A DNA stretch of 64,000 bases from Sphingobium ummariense RL-3 (GTDB taxonomy: Bacteria; Pseudomonadota; Alphaproteobacteria; Sphingomonadales; Sphingomonadaceae), in contig NZ_AUWY01000019.1 of NCBI RefSeq assembly GCF_000447205.1, positions 46,440 to 110,439 of the forward strand, read 5' to 3'. Made by a program: the position numbers and the translations under genes. How positions within the stretch are numbered: position 1 is the first letter of the stretch; every line of letters begins with the position of its first letter. This document shows positions 9,963-20,236 of this stretch, piece by piece. The notes under the pieces were generated by a model. It ran no database searches and was not told where the DNA came from. It saw only the letters and a list, made by a program, of their open reading frames with translations.

Positions 9963-12061
9963 TATCGTGTCATCGCCCAGGTTGCAGCCGCGGCGAGGCC
10001 GATCAGCATCACCAGCGCGTAAGTGTAGAGATAGCCGGATTGCAGCCGGCGCGTGACCTTGCCGCCCTGCACGACCAGCGCGGCCAGCCCGTTCGGACCG
10101 AAGCGGTCGATGAAGCCGATGTCACCGAACTTCCAGAAGAAGCGGCCGATGGCAAAGGCGGGCTTTACGAAGAGCACATTGTAGAGCTCGTCGAAATACC
10201 ATTTGTTCAGCAGGAACTGATACAGCGCGCCGAACTGCGAGACGAAGCGCCGCGGCCAGTCGGTATTCTTGATGTAGCTCAGCCATGCGATCAGCAGGCC
10301 GGTCAGCATCACCGTGAACGGCCCGAACTTGACCCAGGTCGGCACTTCGTGCGCGGCGTGCATCAGGTGGCTGTCGAATGCCAGCGACCCCTTCCAGAAC
10401 TCGATGCCGCCCTCGGGCCCGATGAACTGGTCGTGGAAGAGGAAGCCGGCGAACACCGCGCCCAGGCTCAGCACCACCAGCGGGACCAGCATGACCCAGG
10501 GGCTTTCATGCGGATGATAGCCGCCGGTGCCGGCGGGCAGCGCATGGGCGTCCGCCTCATGCCCGTGCGGCTCATGGCCGGCATCTTCCTGCGCCGGGGC
10601 ATTGTCGTGCTCCGATCCATGGCCGTGCGTGGCATGATCGTCATGCCCATGGCCGTGCGCGTCGTGCAGCGCGTGCTGGATATGCTCGGACGCAGCCCAG
10701 CGCGGCTTGCCGAAGAAGGTCAGGAACACCAGCCGCCAGCTGTAGAAGCTGGTCAGCAGCGCCGCGAACACGCCGACATAATAGGCGCCGACGCCCGAGC
10801 CGCCCGAGGCGAAGGCCGCTTCGAGAATGCCGTCCTTGGAATAGAAGCCCGCAAAGCCATAGCCGATCAGCGGCAGGCCGACGCCGGTGATGGCGAGCGT
10901 GCCGAGCGTCATCGTCCAGAAGGTGATCGGGATCTCCTTCCGCAGGCCGCCATAATAGCGCATGTCCTGCTCATGGTGCATCGCGTGGATGACCGATCCT
11001 GCGCCCAGGAACAGCAGCGCCTTGAAGAAGGCGTGGGTGAAGAGGTGGAACATCGCCGCGCCATAGGCGCCGACGCCCGCCGCGAAGAACATGTAGCCCA
11101 GCTGCGAACAGGTCGAATAGGCGATGACGCGCTTGATGTCGTTCTGCACCGTGCCGACCGTCGCCGCGAACAGACAGGTCGCCGCGCCGATGAAGGTGAC
11201 GAAGCCCAGCGCCGTCGGGCTGGTCTCGAACATCGGCGACAGGCGGCACACCATGAACACGCCGGCGGTCACCATCGTCGCCGCATGGATCAGCGCCGAC
11301 ACGGGGGTCGGGCCTTCCATCGCGTCGGGCAGCCAGGTGTGGAGGCCCAGCTGCGCCGACTTGCCCATGGCGCCGACGAACAGCAGCAGGCAGAGCACCG
11401 TCATCGTGTCGAAGCGATGGCCCAGGAACCCGATGGTCGACCCCGCCATCGACGGCGCGGCCTCCAGTATCTCCGGGATGGAGATGGTGTTGAACACCAG
11501 ATAGGTGCCGAAAATCCCCATCATGAAGCCGAGGTCGCCGACGCGGTTGACCACGAACGCCTTGATCGCGGCGGCATTTGCCGAGGGCTTGCGGAACCAG
11601 AAACCGATGAGGAGGTAGGAGGCGAGGCCGACGCCTTCCCAGCCGAAGAACATCTGCAGCAGGTTGTTCGCCGTCACGAGCATCAGCATCGCGAAGGTGA
11701 AGAGCGAGAGATAGGCGAAGAAGCGCGGCTGGTCCGGCTCCTCCTCCATATAGCCCCAGCTGTAGAGGTGGACGAGGCTCGACACGCTGGTGATCACCAC
11801 CAGCATGACCGCCGTCATCGTGTCCACGCGCAGCGCCCACTGGGCGTCGAAGCTGCCGCTTTCGATCCAGGTGAAGAGCGGCGCGACGGTCGCTTCGGCG
11901 TGACCGGTCAGGAAGCTGATGAAGATCGGCCAGGACATGGCGCAGCTGGCGAACAGCGCGCCGGTGGTGACGATCTTCGCCGGCAGCTTGCCCAGCGCCT
12001 TGTTGCCAAGGCCGGCGATGGCTGCGGCGAGCAGCGGAAGAAGGACGATAAGCTGGATCAC
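9962..12061 (-). CDS. nuoL: NADH-quinone oxidoreductase subunit L. Carries an unusual His-rich insertion ([21 protein letters not shown]...[11 protein letters not shown]).
   Basis: 699-aa ND5/NuoL-type antiporter subunit with the C-terminal long-helix region. The His-rich loop is seen directly in the translation. Confidence 0.95.
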   Translation of the reverse strand: MIQLIVLLPLLAAAIAGLGNKALGKLPAKIVTTGALFASCAMSWPIFISFLTGHAEATVAPLFTWIESGSFDAQWALRVDTMTAVMLVVITSVSSLVHLYSWGYMEEEPDQPRFFAYLSLFTFAMLMLVTANNLLQMFFGWEGVGLASYLLIGFWFRKPSANAAAIKAFVVNRVGDLGFMMGIFGTYLVFNTISIPEILEAAPSMAGSTIGFLGHRFDTMTVLCLLLFVGAMGKSAQLGLHTWLPDAMEGPTPVSALIHAATMVTAGVFMVCRLSPMFETSPTALGFVTFIGAATCLFAATVGTVQNDIKRVIAYSTCSQLGYMFFAAGVGAYGAAMFHLFTHAFFKALLFLGAGSVIHAMHHEQDMRYYGGLRKEIPITFWTMTLGTLAITGVGLPLIGYGFAGFYSKDGILEAAFASGGSGVGAYYVGVFAALLTSFYSWRLVFLTFFGKPRWAASEHIQHALHDAHGHGHDDHATHGHGSEHDNAPAQEDAGHEPHGHEADAHALPAGTGGYHPHESPWVMLVPLVVLSLGAVFAGFLFHDQFIGPEGGIEFWKGSLAFDSHLMHAAHEVPTWVKFGPFTVMLTGLLIAWLSYIKNTDWPRRFVSQFGALYQFLLNKWYFDELYNVLFVKPAFAIGRFFWKFGDIGFIDRFGPNGLAALVVQGGKVTRRLQSGYLYTYALVMLIGLAAAATWAMTR

Positions 12062-12077
12062 AGAGTTACACCCCCTT

Positions 12078-12160
12078 CGTCATCCCAGCGAAAGCTGGGA
12101 TCCCACTTTTCTTCCGCCGAGACAGAAGAAGAGAGATGCCAGCTTCCGCTGGCATGACGG
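12078..12160. repeat. Family A double-hairpin intergenic repeat (copy A1) between nuoL and nuoK
   Basis: cgtcatcccagcgaaagctgggatc ... gagatgccagcttccgctggcatgacgg. It is two palindromic hairpins separated by a spacer containing gaagaagagagat. The same architecture recurs at 19160-19245 and 21494-21569. Confidence 0.8.
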
Positions 12161-12176
12161 ATATCATTCTCGCGCA

Positions 12177-12482
12177 TCAGCCCTTCATCCGGTTGACGTC
12201 GTCGACGGCGATGGTGCCGCGACCGCGGAAGTAGATGACGAGGATGGCAAGGCCGATGGCCGCCTCACCCGCCGCGACGGTCAGCACGAACATGCTGAAC
12301 ACCTGCCCCACCAGATCGCCCAGGAAGGCGCTGAAGGCGACCAGGTTGATGTTCACGCTCAGGAGGATCAGCTCGATCGCCATCAGGATGATGATGACGT
12401 TCTTGCGGTTGATGAAGATGCCCAGCACCCCCATCACGAACAGGATCGCGCTGACGACCATGTAATGCTGAAGGCCGATCAC
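12177..12482 (-). CDS. nuoK: NADH-quinone oxidoreductase subunit K
   Basis: 101-aa NuoK sequence ([47 protein letters not shown]...). A probable GTG start at 12482 overlaps the nuoJ stop (GTGA); an alternative ATG lies at 12461. The long ORF in the track (12177-12995) is a wrong-frame upstream extension. Confidence 0.85.
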   Translation of the reverse strand: MIGLQHYMVVSAILFVMGVLGIFINRKNVIIILMAIELILLSVNINLVAFSAFLGDLVGQVFSMFVLTVAAGEAAIGLAILVIYFRGRGTIAVDDVNRMKG

Positions 12483-13090
12483 AGCTCCACCCCCTGCCCC
12501 ACGGGCTGATTGACGTTGCGCACTGCGTCCTCGGGACGACGGCGGTTCTGCTTCGCGATGTTCTGCGGCCGCACGCCGCCACGGGCGCGGTGGGTCAGCA
12601 CGATGGCGCCGATCATGGCGACCAGCAGCACGATGCCCGCGGCTTCGAACAGGAAGATGTAGCGGGTGTAGAGCAACGCGCCGATCGCCTGGATGTTCGA
12701 CATCTCGGGATTGACCGGCGCCGCGCGCTGCGCCAGCTCGATCGGTCCGGCGCTCCACAGGCCAATGCCCAGCACGATCTCGGCCAGCAGCACCAGCGCG
12801 ATCAGCAGGCCGAAGGGCAGATAGTCGACGAAGCCGGCACGCAGCTCGGCGAAATCGATGTCCAGCATCATGACCACGAACAGGAACAGCACCGCGACCG
12901 CGCCGACATAGACGATGACCAGCAGCATGGCGATGAACTCGGCGCCCAGCAGCACCATCAGGCCCGCCGCGTTGAAGAACGCCAGGATCAGCCACAGCAC
13001 CGAATGGACCGGGTTACGCGACAGGATCGTCAGCGCGCCGCTGCACACCACGATCGCGGCGAACAGGTAAAAGGCGATTACATGGATCAT
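12479..13090 (-). CDS. nuoJ: NADH-quinone oxidoreductase subunit J
   Basis: 203-aa membrane protein of the ND6/NuoJ family. Confidence 0.9.
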   Translation of the reverse strand: MIHVIAFYLFAAIVVCSGALTILSRNPVHSVLWLILAFFNAAGLMVLLGAEFIAMLLVIVYVGAVAVLFLFVVMMLDIDFAELRAGFVDYLPFGLLIALVLLAEIVLGIGLWSAGPIELAQRAAPVNPEMSNIQAIGALLYTRYIFLFEAAGIVLLVAMIGAIVLTHRARGGVRPQNIAKQNRRRPEDAVRNVNQPVGQGVEL

Positions 13091-13129
13091 TGGATTTGCT
13101 CGGCCCCTTTACCCTCTACCCCGTTCATC

Positions 13130-13227
13130 CTGAGTAGCCGCTGAGCCTGTCGAAGCGGCGTATCGAAGGACGCGCGCAGGGCCACAAGCCCTCGACAAGC
13201 TCGGTCCTTGCTCAGGCCGAACGGATG
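13130..13227. repeat. Family B MITE-like element (copy B1) between nuoJ and nuoI
   Basis: Left arm ccgttcatcctgagtagccgctgagcctgtcgaagc. Right arm ctcgacaagctcggtccttgctcaggccgaacgg. Terminal inverted repeats are shared with five other copies in the window. Confidence 0.8.
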
Positions 13228-13247
13228 GGGGATATTTCGCACGCCCA

Positions 13248-13733
13248 TTACCGATAAGGCGCATCGGCGGCAAGGTTCGCAGCGATGGCGCGCTCCCACT
13301 TGTCCCCGTTCTCGAGAAGCTTGGCCTTGTCGTAGATCAGCTCCTCGCGCGTTTCGGTTGCGAACTCGAAATTCGGCCCCTCGACGATGGCATCCACCGG
13401 GCAGGCTTCCTGGCAGAAGCCGCAATAGATGCACTTGGTCATGTCGATGTCGTAGCGCGTGGTGCGGCGGCTGCCATCGTCGCGCGGCTGCGCCTCGATG
13501 GTGATCGCCTGCGCCGGGCACACCGCCTCGCACAGCTTGCACGCGATGCAGCGCTCTTCCCCGTTGGGATAGCGGCGCAGCGCATGCTCGCCCCGGAAAC
13601 GCGGCGAGATCGGGTTCTTCTCATAGGGATAGTTGATCGTCGCCTTGGGCTTGAAGAAATACTTCAAGGTCAGCCAGTGCGCCTTCACGAACTCCCAGAG
13701 GGTGAACGACTTGACGTAATATCCGAGGCTCAT
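13248..13733 (-). CDS. nuoI: NADH-quinone oxidoreductase subunit I (2x[4Fe-4S] ferredoxin-like)
   Basis: Two CxxCxxCxxxCP motifs ([12 protein letters not shown] and [12 protein letters not shown]). True start is [10 protein letters not shown] at 13733. The 249-aa ORF in the track is an N-terminal over-extension into nuoH. Confidence 0.9.
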   Translation of the reverse strand: MSLGYYVKSFTLWEFVKAHWLTLKYFFKPKATINYPYEKNPISPRFRGEHALRRYPNGEERCIACKLCEAVCPAQAITIEAQPRDDGSRRTTRYDIDMTKCIYCGFCQEACPVDAIVEGPNFEFATETREELIYDKAKLLENGDKWERAIAANLAADAPYR

Positions 13734-14779
13734 TGTGCGCCTCCATAGCGCGTCAGCATGAGGAAGCCCGACACCAGGAACACGAACAGCAGCGAGGTCG
13801 GCAGGAAGATCTTCCAGCCCAGCCGCATCAGCTGGTCGTAGCGGTAGCGGGGCACCGTCGCCTTCACCCAGGAGAAGACGAAGAAGAAGAACAGGATCTT
13901 GGCGAACAGCCAGAGGATGCCGGGCACCCAATAGAGCGGCGCCCAGTCCACCGGCGGCAGGTAACCGCCCCAGAACAGGATGGCGTTGAGCGCACACATC
14001 AGGATGACATTGGCATATTCGCCCAGCCAGTAGAGCGCGAAGGCCATGGACGAATATTCGGTCTGGTAACCCGCGACCAGTTCGCTCTCCGCTTCGGTCA
14101 GGTCGAAGGGTGCGCGCGCCGTTTCCGCCATGGCACTGATCAGGAACATGATCGCCATCGGGAAGAGCAGCGGGTTGAAGCCGTTGCCGTTGAGGAAGCC
14201 GTAATAGCCCTTCTGGCTCTCCACGATCGTCGTCAGGTTAAAGCTGCCGGCCCACAGCACAACGCAGATCAGGATGAAACCGATCGAGACTTCATAGCTG
14301 ATCATCTGCGCGCTGGCGCGGATCGCGGAATAGAAGGGATATTTGGAGTTGGACGCCCAGCCTGCCAGCACGATGCCGTACACGCCCAGCGAGCTGATCG
14401 CGAGGATGTAGAGCAGGCCGACATTGATGTTCGCCAGCACCACGCCGACCTGGAACGGCACCACCGCCCAGGCCATCAGCGCCACCGTGAAGGTGATGAT
14501 CGGCGCGATGATGAACAGCGTCTTGTTCGCCGCCGACGGGATGATGGTTTCCTGCAGGAAGACCTTCAGGCCGTCCGCGAAGGACTGGAGCAGACCGAAG
14601 GGGCCGACGACATTGGGGCCGCGGCGCAGCGCCATCGCCGCCCAGATCTTGCGGTCGGCATAGATGATCATCGCGACCGCCAGCATGACCGGCAGCGCGA
14701 TCAGCAGGATGCCGATGATGGTCGACAGGAACCAGGCGCCTTCGAAGGGAACGCCGAGATTTTGGAAGAAGGCGGTCAT
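13730..14779 (-). CDS. nuoH: NADH-quinone oxidoreductase subunit H
   Basis: 349-aa ND1/NuoH membrane protein starting [18 protein letters not shown]. The 484-aa ORF in the track runs upstream through a repeat element, which explains the LSLSKG-type translation there. Confidence 0.9.
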   Translation of the reverse strand: MTAFFQNLGVPFEGAWFLSTIIGILLIALPVMLAVAMIIYADRKIWAAMALRRGPNVVGPFGLLQSFADGLKVFLQETIIPSAANKTLFIIAPIITFTVALMAWAVVPFQVGVVLANINVGLLYILAISSLGVYGIVLAGWASNSKYPFYSAIRASAQMISYEVSIGFILICVVLWAGSFNLTTIVESQKGYYGFLNGNGFNPLLFPMAIMFLISAMAETARAPFDLTEAESELVAGYQTEYSSMAFALYWLGEYANVILMCALNAILFWGGYLPPVDWAPLYWVPGILWLFAKILFFFFVFSWVKATVPRYRYDQLMRLGWKIFLPTSLLFVFLVSGFLMLTRYGGAQ

Positions 14780-14797
14780 TATTCCTGAACCTCGAAA

Positions 14798-14893
14798 CCG
14801 TTCGGGCTGAGCTTGTCGAAGCCCTCGCCTGAACGAAGTGAAGGCACCTCGCTTCGCTCGGCGGAGCCCTTCGACAGGCTCAGGGCGAACGGA
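14798..14893. repeat. Family B MITE-like element (copy B2) between nuoH and nuoG
   Basis: ccgttcgggctgagcttgtcgaagccc ... gcccttcgacaggctcagggcgaacgg. Confidence 0.8.
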
Positions 14894-14909
14894 GTGGTGA
14901 TTTTCGACA

Positions 14910-16916
14910 TCATTCCGCCGCCTCCGCGAAGGTCTCGCCATGGACCAGCTCGGCCGAGCATTGCTGCATCGTCGGGCTGGCGCGGCAGATGGCGTTGGTA
15001 AGGTAGAAATCCTTGATCGGCGAACCGAATGCGCCGCTCGCGCCGGTCGGAAGCGACGGGACGGACCAGCCGTAATCGACCAGGCCCTCGACGCCCAGCG
15101 CCGGGACCGCCGCGAACATGGCGGCCCGCAGCGCGTCGAAGCTGTCGAACGGCAGGGTCGCGCCCATGGCGTCGGACAGGGCACGCAGGATCGACCAGTC
15201 CTCGCGGGCGTCGCCCGGCGCGAACACGGCCTTCTCGCCGCGCTGCACCCGGCCTTCCAGGTTTACGTAAGTGCCCGCCTTCTCGGCATAGCTCGCGCCC
15301 GGCAGGATCACGTCCGCCGCATGCGCGCCCTTGTCGCCATGATGGCCGATATAGACCTTGAAGCTGCCCTCGAACGCCGCATAGTCCACCTCGTCGGCGC
15401 CCAGAGAGAACAGCAGCTTCGGCTTGGCCGCGGCCATCGCCTTGATGCCGCCGTCCATCGCAAAGCCGAGCATCAGGGCGCCCATGCGCGCCGCCGCGAA
15501 GTGCAGCAGATTATATCCGTTCCAGCCCTCTTTCACGAGGCCCAACGTCTCGACCAGCGCCAGCGTGTCGCCATGCGCGCCGTCGACCGCCAGCACCCCG
15601 CCGCCCACGATCATCGCGGGACGCGCGGCCTTGCCGAACGCCTCGACCACCGCCTGCGGCAGCTTGCCGAGGAGGCTCGCGTCATTGCCCAGCCATTCGA
15701 CCTTGTAGGTCAGGTCGACCTCGGGGCCGACGGCAAAGACCTTCGCGCCCTTCTTGATCGCCTTGCGGATGCGCGTGTTCACCAGCGGCGCTTCCCAGCG
15801 CAGGTTGGTGCCGACCAGCAGGATGGCGTCCGCCGTCTCCAGCTCGGCGAGCGGCGTGTTGAACACCACCGCCGACAGGCTCGACACGTCATAGGCCATG
15901 CCGGTCTGGCGGCCTTCCAGCATCGTGCCGCCCAGCTTCTCGACCAGCGCCTTGCCCGCGAACATGGTCTCGCAATCGAGCAGGTCGCCCGCGATGGCCG
16001 CCACGCTGCCGCCATGCTGCACGGCCGCGATCGCCGCAAACGCCTCGGCCCAGGTCGCGGGGACCAGCTTGCCGTCCTTGCGGACATAGGGCCTGTCGAG
16101 CCGCTTGCGCACCAGACCGTCGACATTGTGCCGGGTCTTGTCGCTCGCCCACTCCTCGTTCACGTCGTCATTGATGCGCGGCACCGCGCGCAGCACCTGG
16201 CGGCCGCGGCTGTCGAGGCGGATATTGGTGCCCAGCGCGTCCATGACGTCGATCGCCGGGGTCTTCTTCAGCTCCCAGGGCCGCGCCTCGAACGCATAGG
16301 GCTTCGACGTCAGCGCGCCGACCGGGCAGAGGTCGACCACGTTTCCGGACAGCTCGCTCTTGGCGGCATGTTCCAGATAGGTGGTGATCTGCATGTTCTC
16401 GCCGCGATAGATCGCGCCGATTTCCGGCACGCCCGCGACTTCCTCGGCAAAGCGCACGCAGCGGGTGCACTGGATGCAGCGGGTCATGACCGTCTTGACG
16501 ATCGGCCCCATATATTTCTCGGTCACCGCCCGCTTGTTCTCGTCGAAACGGCTGGCGCCCTTGCCATAGGCGACCGACTGGTCCTGCAGGTCGCACTCGC
16601 CGCCCTGGTCGCAGATCGGGCAGTCGAGCGGGTGGTTGATGAGCAGGAACTCCATCACCCCCTCGCGCGCCTTCTTCACCATCAGGCTGTCGGTGCGGAT
16701 CTCCTGCCCCTCGGCCGCCGGCAACGCGCACGAAGCCTGCGGCTTGGGCGGTCCGGGCTTCACCTCGACCAGGCACATGCGGCAATTGCCCGCGATGCTC
16801 AGGCGCTCATGATAGCAGAATCGCGGAATTTCCTTCCCCGCCATCTCGCACGCCTGCAGGACGGTAGCGCCCGCCGGGACTTCGATCTCTTGACCGTCTA
16901 CTTTGACCTTCGGCAT
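14910..16916 (-). CDS. nuoG: NADH-quinone oxidoreductase subunit G (75-kDa Fe-S subunit)
   Basis: N-terminal 2Fe-2S and 4Fe-4S cysteine clusters ([19 protein letters not shown] and [10 protein letters not shown]) followed by a molybdopterin-like domain. 668 aa. Confidence 0.95.
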   Translation of the reverse strand: MPKVKVDGQEIEVPAGATVLQACEMAGKEIPRFCYHERLSIAGNCRMCLVEVKPGPPKPQASCALPAAEGQEIRTDSLMVKKAREGVMEFLLINHPLDCPICDQGGECDLQDQSVAYGKGASRFDENKRAVTEKYMGPIVKTVMTRCIQCTRCVRFAEEVAGVPEIGAIYRGENMQITTYLEHAAKSELSGNVVDLCPVGALTSKPYAFEARPWELKKTPAIDVMDALGTNIRLDSRGRQVLRAVPRINDDVNEEWASDKTRHNVDGLVRKRLDRPYVRKDGKLVPATWAEAFAAIAAVQHGGSVAAIAGDLLDCETMFAGKALVEKLGGTMLEGRQTGMAYDVSSLSAVVFNTPLAELETADAILLVGTNLRWEAPLVNTRIRKAIKKGAKVFAVGPEVDLTYKVEWLGNDASLLGKLPQAVVEAFGKAARPAMIVGGGVLAVDGAHGDTLALVETLGLVKEGWNGYNLLHFAAARMGALMLGFAMDGGIKAMAAAKPKLLFSLGADEVDYAAFEGSFKVYIGHHGDKGAHAADVILPGASYAEKAGTYVNLEGRVQRGEKAVFAPGDAREDWSILRALSDAMGATLPFDSFDALRAAMFAAVPALGVEGLVDYGWSVPSLPTGASGAFGSPIKDFYLTNAICRASPTMQQCSAELVHGETFAEAAE

Positions 16917-17656
16917 CAGTTAACCTTCGGCGTTTTTACACTAGCCCCGGTCGGCGCACCGGCGAGGCGATAGAAATTCACGGCCAGCGTTCCGCGGGCG
17001 TTCTGACGACTTAATGCGACCTCGCCATCCCCCAGGCAAAGGCCGAAGGGTTCCTTGAGCGCTTCGAAAGCCCTTTGCTCATCTTGTGAAGACGGCTCGG
17101 CAAGGAGCAGGGTGTGGACAGCGGTCGGATCGCGACGCACGACACATTCCCCCCACTGTGCCAAAATATGAAATGCATCGATACTCGCCTGAATTTCAGC
17201 TGGATCGATCGGTTTCTCGGGTACGGGGGCCCTTCTTTTGTTCACCGCAGCCAGCACTAATTCTGGCTTACGATGATCTAACGGCGGACGCGAAGCAAAA
17301 TCCCATGTTCCTACCGTAGCATAATCCCTGCGCACCAATGCTTCGGCAATCGCGTAGAGAGGGGTGTCTCCCGGAAATGCAACACCATACCGTTCCGGCC
17401 CCATCGACAATCCGATGAGACAATCCGGATCGAACAGCTTGGGCGCTTGCTGCGATAACGATTGGCGATGAATATCCGCCAATATTACGCCGCGTGATAA
17501 TGCAGCATTGCGTCCGACAATGCATTCGCCGTACTTCTTAACAGTCTCCCGGGTCCGGGAAGCGCTGAATGCGCTCTGTTCCTGTGCATAAGCAGGAATA
17601 GAACCCATCACCAAAAGAGCGCAGGCGACAGCGGTATTGCGGACGCGGTCCAACAT
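16916..17656 (-). CDS. Hypothetical secreted protein (246 aa, N-terminal signal peptide [24 protein letters not shown]) embedded in the nuo operon
   Basis: Complete ORF whose stop overlaps the nuoG start by 1 nt and whose ATG overlaps the nuoF stop by 1 nt. Local GC is visibly lower, by eye in the mid-50s percent against about 67% in flanking nuo genes. No recognisable catalytic motif. Confidence 0.55.
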   Translation of the reverse strand: MLDRVRNTAVACALLVMGSIPAYAQEQSAFSASRTRETVKKYGECIVGRNAALSRGVILADIHRQSLSQQAPKLFDPDCLIGLSMGPERYGVAFPGDTPLYAIAEALVRRDYATVGTWDFASRPPLDHRKPELVLAAVNKRRAPVPEKPIDPAEIQASIDAFHILAQWGECVVRRDPTAVHTLLLAEPSSQDEQRAFEALKEPFGLCLGDGEVALSRQNARGTLAVNFYRLAGAPTGASVKTPKVN

Positions 17657-18993
17657 TACTCCGCCGCCTCCATCACCGGCGCGCCACGCTCGATGATCCG
17701 CCGCTCGATCTCGGGGCGGAAATGGCGGATCAGGCCCTGGATCGGCCAGGCCGCCGCGTCGCCCAGCGCACAGATGGTGTGGCCTTCGACCTGCTTGGTG
17801 ACTTCCTGCAGCATGTCGATCTCGGAAATGTCCGCCTCGCCGCTGCGCAGCCGCTCCATCACGCGCCACATCCAGCCCGTGCCTTCGCGGCAGGGCGTGC
17901 ACTGACCGCAGCTCTCATGCTTGTAGAAATAGGAGAGCCGCGAAATGGCGCGGACGATGTCGGTGGACTTGTCCATCACGATCACGGCGGCGGTGCCCAG
18001 GCCCGAACCCAGCGCGCGCAGCCCGTCGAAGTCCATCGGCGCGTCCATGATCTGCGCGGCCGGCACCAGCGGCACCGAGGAGCCGCCCGGGATCACCGCC
18101 AGCAGATTGTCCCAGCCGCCACGGATGCCGCCGCAATGCCGGTCGATCAGTTCCTTGAACGGGATGCCCATCGATTCCTCGACCACGCAGGGCTTGTTCA
18201 CATGCCCGCTGATCTGGAACAGCTTGGTGCCCTTGTTGTTGTCCCGGCCGAAGCTGGCGAACCATTCGGGCGATCGGCGCAGGATCGTCGGCGCGACCGC
18301 GATGCTCTCCACATTGTTCACCGTCGTCGGGCAGCCATAGAGGCCCGCGCCCGCCGGGAAAGGCGGCTTCAAGCGCGGCTGGCCCTTCTTGCCTTCCAGG
18401 CTCTCGATCTGCGCGGTTTCCTCGCCGCAGATATAGGCGCCAGCGCCGCGATGGACGAACACGTCGAAATCATAGCCCGACCCGCAAGCATTCTTGCCCA
18501 GGAAACCCTTGGCATAGGCCTGCTCGACGGCGGCGAAGAGCACCTTCGCTTCGTAGATGAACTCGCCGCGGATATAGATGTACGCCGCGCGCGCCCGCAT
18601 CGCGAAGCCGGCGACCAGCGCGCCCTCGATCAGCTTGTGCGGATCATGGCGGATGATCTCGCGGTCCTTGCACGAACCCGGCTCGGATTCGTCGGCGTTG
18701 ATGACCAGGAAGCTCGGGCGGCCGTCCTTGCTTTCCTTGGGCATGAAGCTCCACTTCATGCCGGTCGGGAAGCCCGCGCCGCCGCGGCCGCGCAGGCCCG
18801 ACGCCTTGATGCGGTCGATGATCGTGTCCTGGCCGATGTCCAGCAGCGCCTTGGTATTGTCCCAGTCGCCGCGCTTCATCGCCGCGTCTATGCCCCAGTC
18901 CTGGAAGCCGTAGACGTTGGTGAAGATACGGTCCTTGTCCTCCAGCGGGCCGACGAACGGCGGCGGAGCGGCGGGCGCGGTGTCTTCGGCCAT
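17656..18993 (-). CDS. nuoF: NADH-quinone oxidoreductase subunit F (51-kDa, NADH/FMN/4Fe-4S)
   Basis: GxGxxG FMN/NADH motifs and the C-terminal [10 protein letters not shown] cluster-binding motif. Confidence 0.95.
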   Translation of the reverse strand: MAEDTAPAAPPPFVGPLEDKDRIFTNVYGFQDWGIDAAMKRGDWDNTKALLDIGQDTIIDRIKASGLRGRGGAGFPTGMKWSFMPKESKDGRPSFLVINADESEPGSCKDREIIRHDPHKLIEGALVAGFAMRARAAYIYIRGEFIYEAKVLFAAVEQAYAKGFLGKNACGSGYDFDVFVHRGAGAYICGEETAQIESLEGKKGQPRLKPPFPAGAGLYGCPTTVNNVESIAVAPTILRRSPEWFASFGRDNNKGTKLFQISGHVNKPCVVEESMGIPFKELIDRHCGGIRGGWDNLLAVIPGGSSVPLVPAAQIMDAPMDFDGLRALGSGLGTAAVIVMDKSTDIVRAISRLSYFYKHESCGQCTPCREGTGWMWRVMERLRSGEADISEIDMLQEVTKQVEGHTICALGDAAAWPIQGLIRHFRPEIERRIIERGAPVMEAAE

Positions 18994-19142
18994 TATCGGC
19001 CCTTTCCGATCAGTTTTTCAGCAACGAAATAGGCGAGCACGGCCACCGCCAGCCCAAGGACCAGCCCCAGCACCGCGCCCAGGATCTTGAGCGCGACGAT
19101 GAAGACGATGATCGCCAGGATGATGGAGACGAGCGCGCTCAT
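18993..19142 (-). CDS. Micro-ORF encoding a 49-aa single-pass hydrophobic peptide ([49 protein letters not shown]) between nuoE and nuoF
   Basis: Not in the ORF track because it is under 60 aa; found by reading the minus strand. Its TAA stop overlaps the nuoF ATG (ATAATGG). The architecture resembles the short membrane-protein URFs known inside alphaproteobacterial nuo/nqo operons. Confidence 0.45.
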   Translation of the reverse strand: MSALVSIILAIIVFIVALKILGAVLGLVLGLAVAVLAYFVAEKLIGKGR

Positions 19143-19159
19143 GCCTGCCCATCCCCTTC

Positions 19160-19245
19160 CGTCATGCCAGCGAAGGCTGGCATCTCACTGCCCCTTTTCG
19201 CAACGCCGAAGAAAAGAGAGATCCCAGCCTTCGCTGGGATGACGG
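19160..19245. repeat. Family A double-hairpin repeat (copy A2) between nuoE and the micro-ORF
   Basis: gtcatgccagcgaaggctggcatc tcactgcc ... gaagaaaagagagat cccagccttcgctgggatgacgg. Confidence 0.8.
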
Positions 19246-19257
19246 GATTGGTACGTA

Positions 19258-19926
19258 TCACGCCCACTCCCCCCGATAGTCGTGGTTTTCCGTGACCATC
19301 TCTTTCAGCGTCGTCGGACCGCCCTCGGGGCAGCTGGTCTGGCGGTCGATCTGCGGGCCGATCTTCGGCTGCTTGCCGGCGGCCAGGTCGTCCAGGATCG
19401 CGCCCATGCTGTCGTAGGTCAGGTCTTCGAAATTGTCGTCGTTGATCTGGACCATCGGTGCGTTGGCGCAGGCGCCCAGGCATTCGACCTCGGTCAGGGT
19501 GAACAGGCCGTCGGGCGTGGTCGCGCCCTTCACCAGCCCCTTGTTCTTGCAGGCCGCGAACACATCGTCGGAGCCGCGCAACATGCAGGGCGTCGTGCCG
19601 CACACCTGCACATGATAGCGGCCGACCGGCGCCAGGTTGTACATGGTGTAGAAGGTCGCGACCTCATAGACGCGCATGTACGGCATATCGAGCTGGCGGG
19701 CGATATATTCCATCACCGGCACGGGCAGCCAGCCCTGCGTCTGCGTCTCCGCGCCGACCTGCCGCTGGGCAAGGTCGAGCAGCGGCATCACCGCGGACTG
19801 CTGGCGACCGGCGGGATAGCGGGCGATAACCTTCTCGGCCTGCGCGGCATTCTCTTCCGTCCACGCAAACGCGCCCCAGCGCGCGCGGGTTTCGGCTTCG
19901 TCGGGAATATGGGGTGCGTCAGCCAT
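19258..19926 (-). CDS. nuoE: NADH-quinone oxidoreductase subunit E (24-kDa, 2Fe-2S)
   Basis: Thioredoxin-like fold with CxxxxC...CxxxC (CGTTPC...CLGACANAP). Confidence 0.9.
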   Translation of the reverse strand: MADAPHIPDEAETRARWGAFAWTEENAAQAEKVIARYPAGRQQSAVMPLLDLAQRQVGAETQTQGWLPVPVMEYIARQLDMPYMRVYEVATFYTMYNLAPVGRYHVQVCGTTPCMLRGSDDVFAACKNKGLVKGATTPDGLFTLTEVECLGACANAPMVQINDDNFEDLTYDSMGAILDDLAAGKQPKIGPQIDRQTSCPEGGPTTLKEMVTENHDYRGEWA

Positions 19927-20236
19927 TCTTATCCTCGCCGCGAAGAAAGAGAAAACCCATACCTAACAGTCCCAATCCAAATCCACCTGCGGATGCAGTG
20001 CCATATTCGGTGCTAAATGTCCCCATGAGCCACGCGAAGACAAATCCGCCGATCAGAAAGCCGAGACTGACAACGCCCGTCTCTCTTTCGTTGAAATGCG
20101 ATCCAGCAATTACCGAAAACACAAACCCAACGAAAACGCACATCGCCAACGACATGAAGAAGGAATACGCATAAGGGTGAGCCATGTCAGACGTGGCGCC
20201 GGAAAACTCTCTGACAATCGAGCGCGAAGCACTCAC
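19919..20236 (-). CDS. Hypothetical small membrane protein (105 aa, 2-3 TM helices) embedded between nuoD and nuoE; lower GC than its neighbours
   Basis: ORF overlaps the nuoD stop and the nuoE start. AT-richer composition seen directly (for example aaagagaaaacccatacctaacagtcccaatccaaatcc). An alternative start [10 protein letters not shown] lies at 20185. Confidence 0.5.
   Translation of the reverse strand: MSASRSIVREFSGATSDMAHPYAYSFFMSLAMCVFVGFVFSVIAGSHFNERETGVVSLGFLIGGFVFAWLMGTFSTEYGTASAGGFGLGLLGMGFLFLRGEDKNG

Noticed and set aside
12177-15184. Track ORFs 12177-12995, 13248-13997, 13730-15184, 22433-23206, 53980-56274 and 56818-58605, which look like single large proteins.
   Set aside because: Each is a real gene (nuoK, nuoI, nuoH, nuoB, uxaC, manD) extended upstream in-frame through intergenic repeats or into the neighbouring gene. 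Conserved N-termini, SD sequences and overlapping stop/start codons give the shorter true boundaries.
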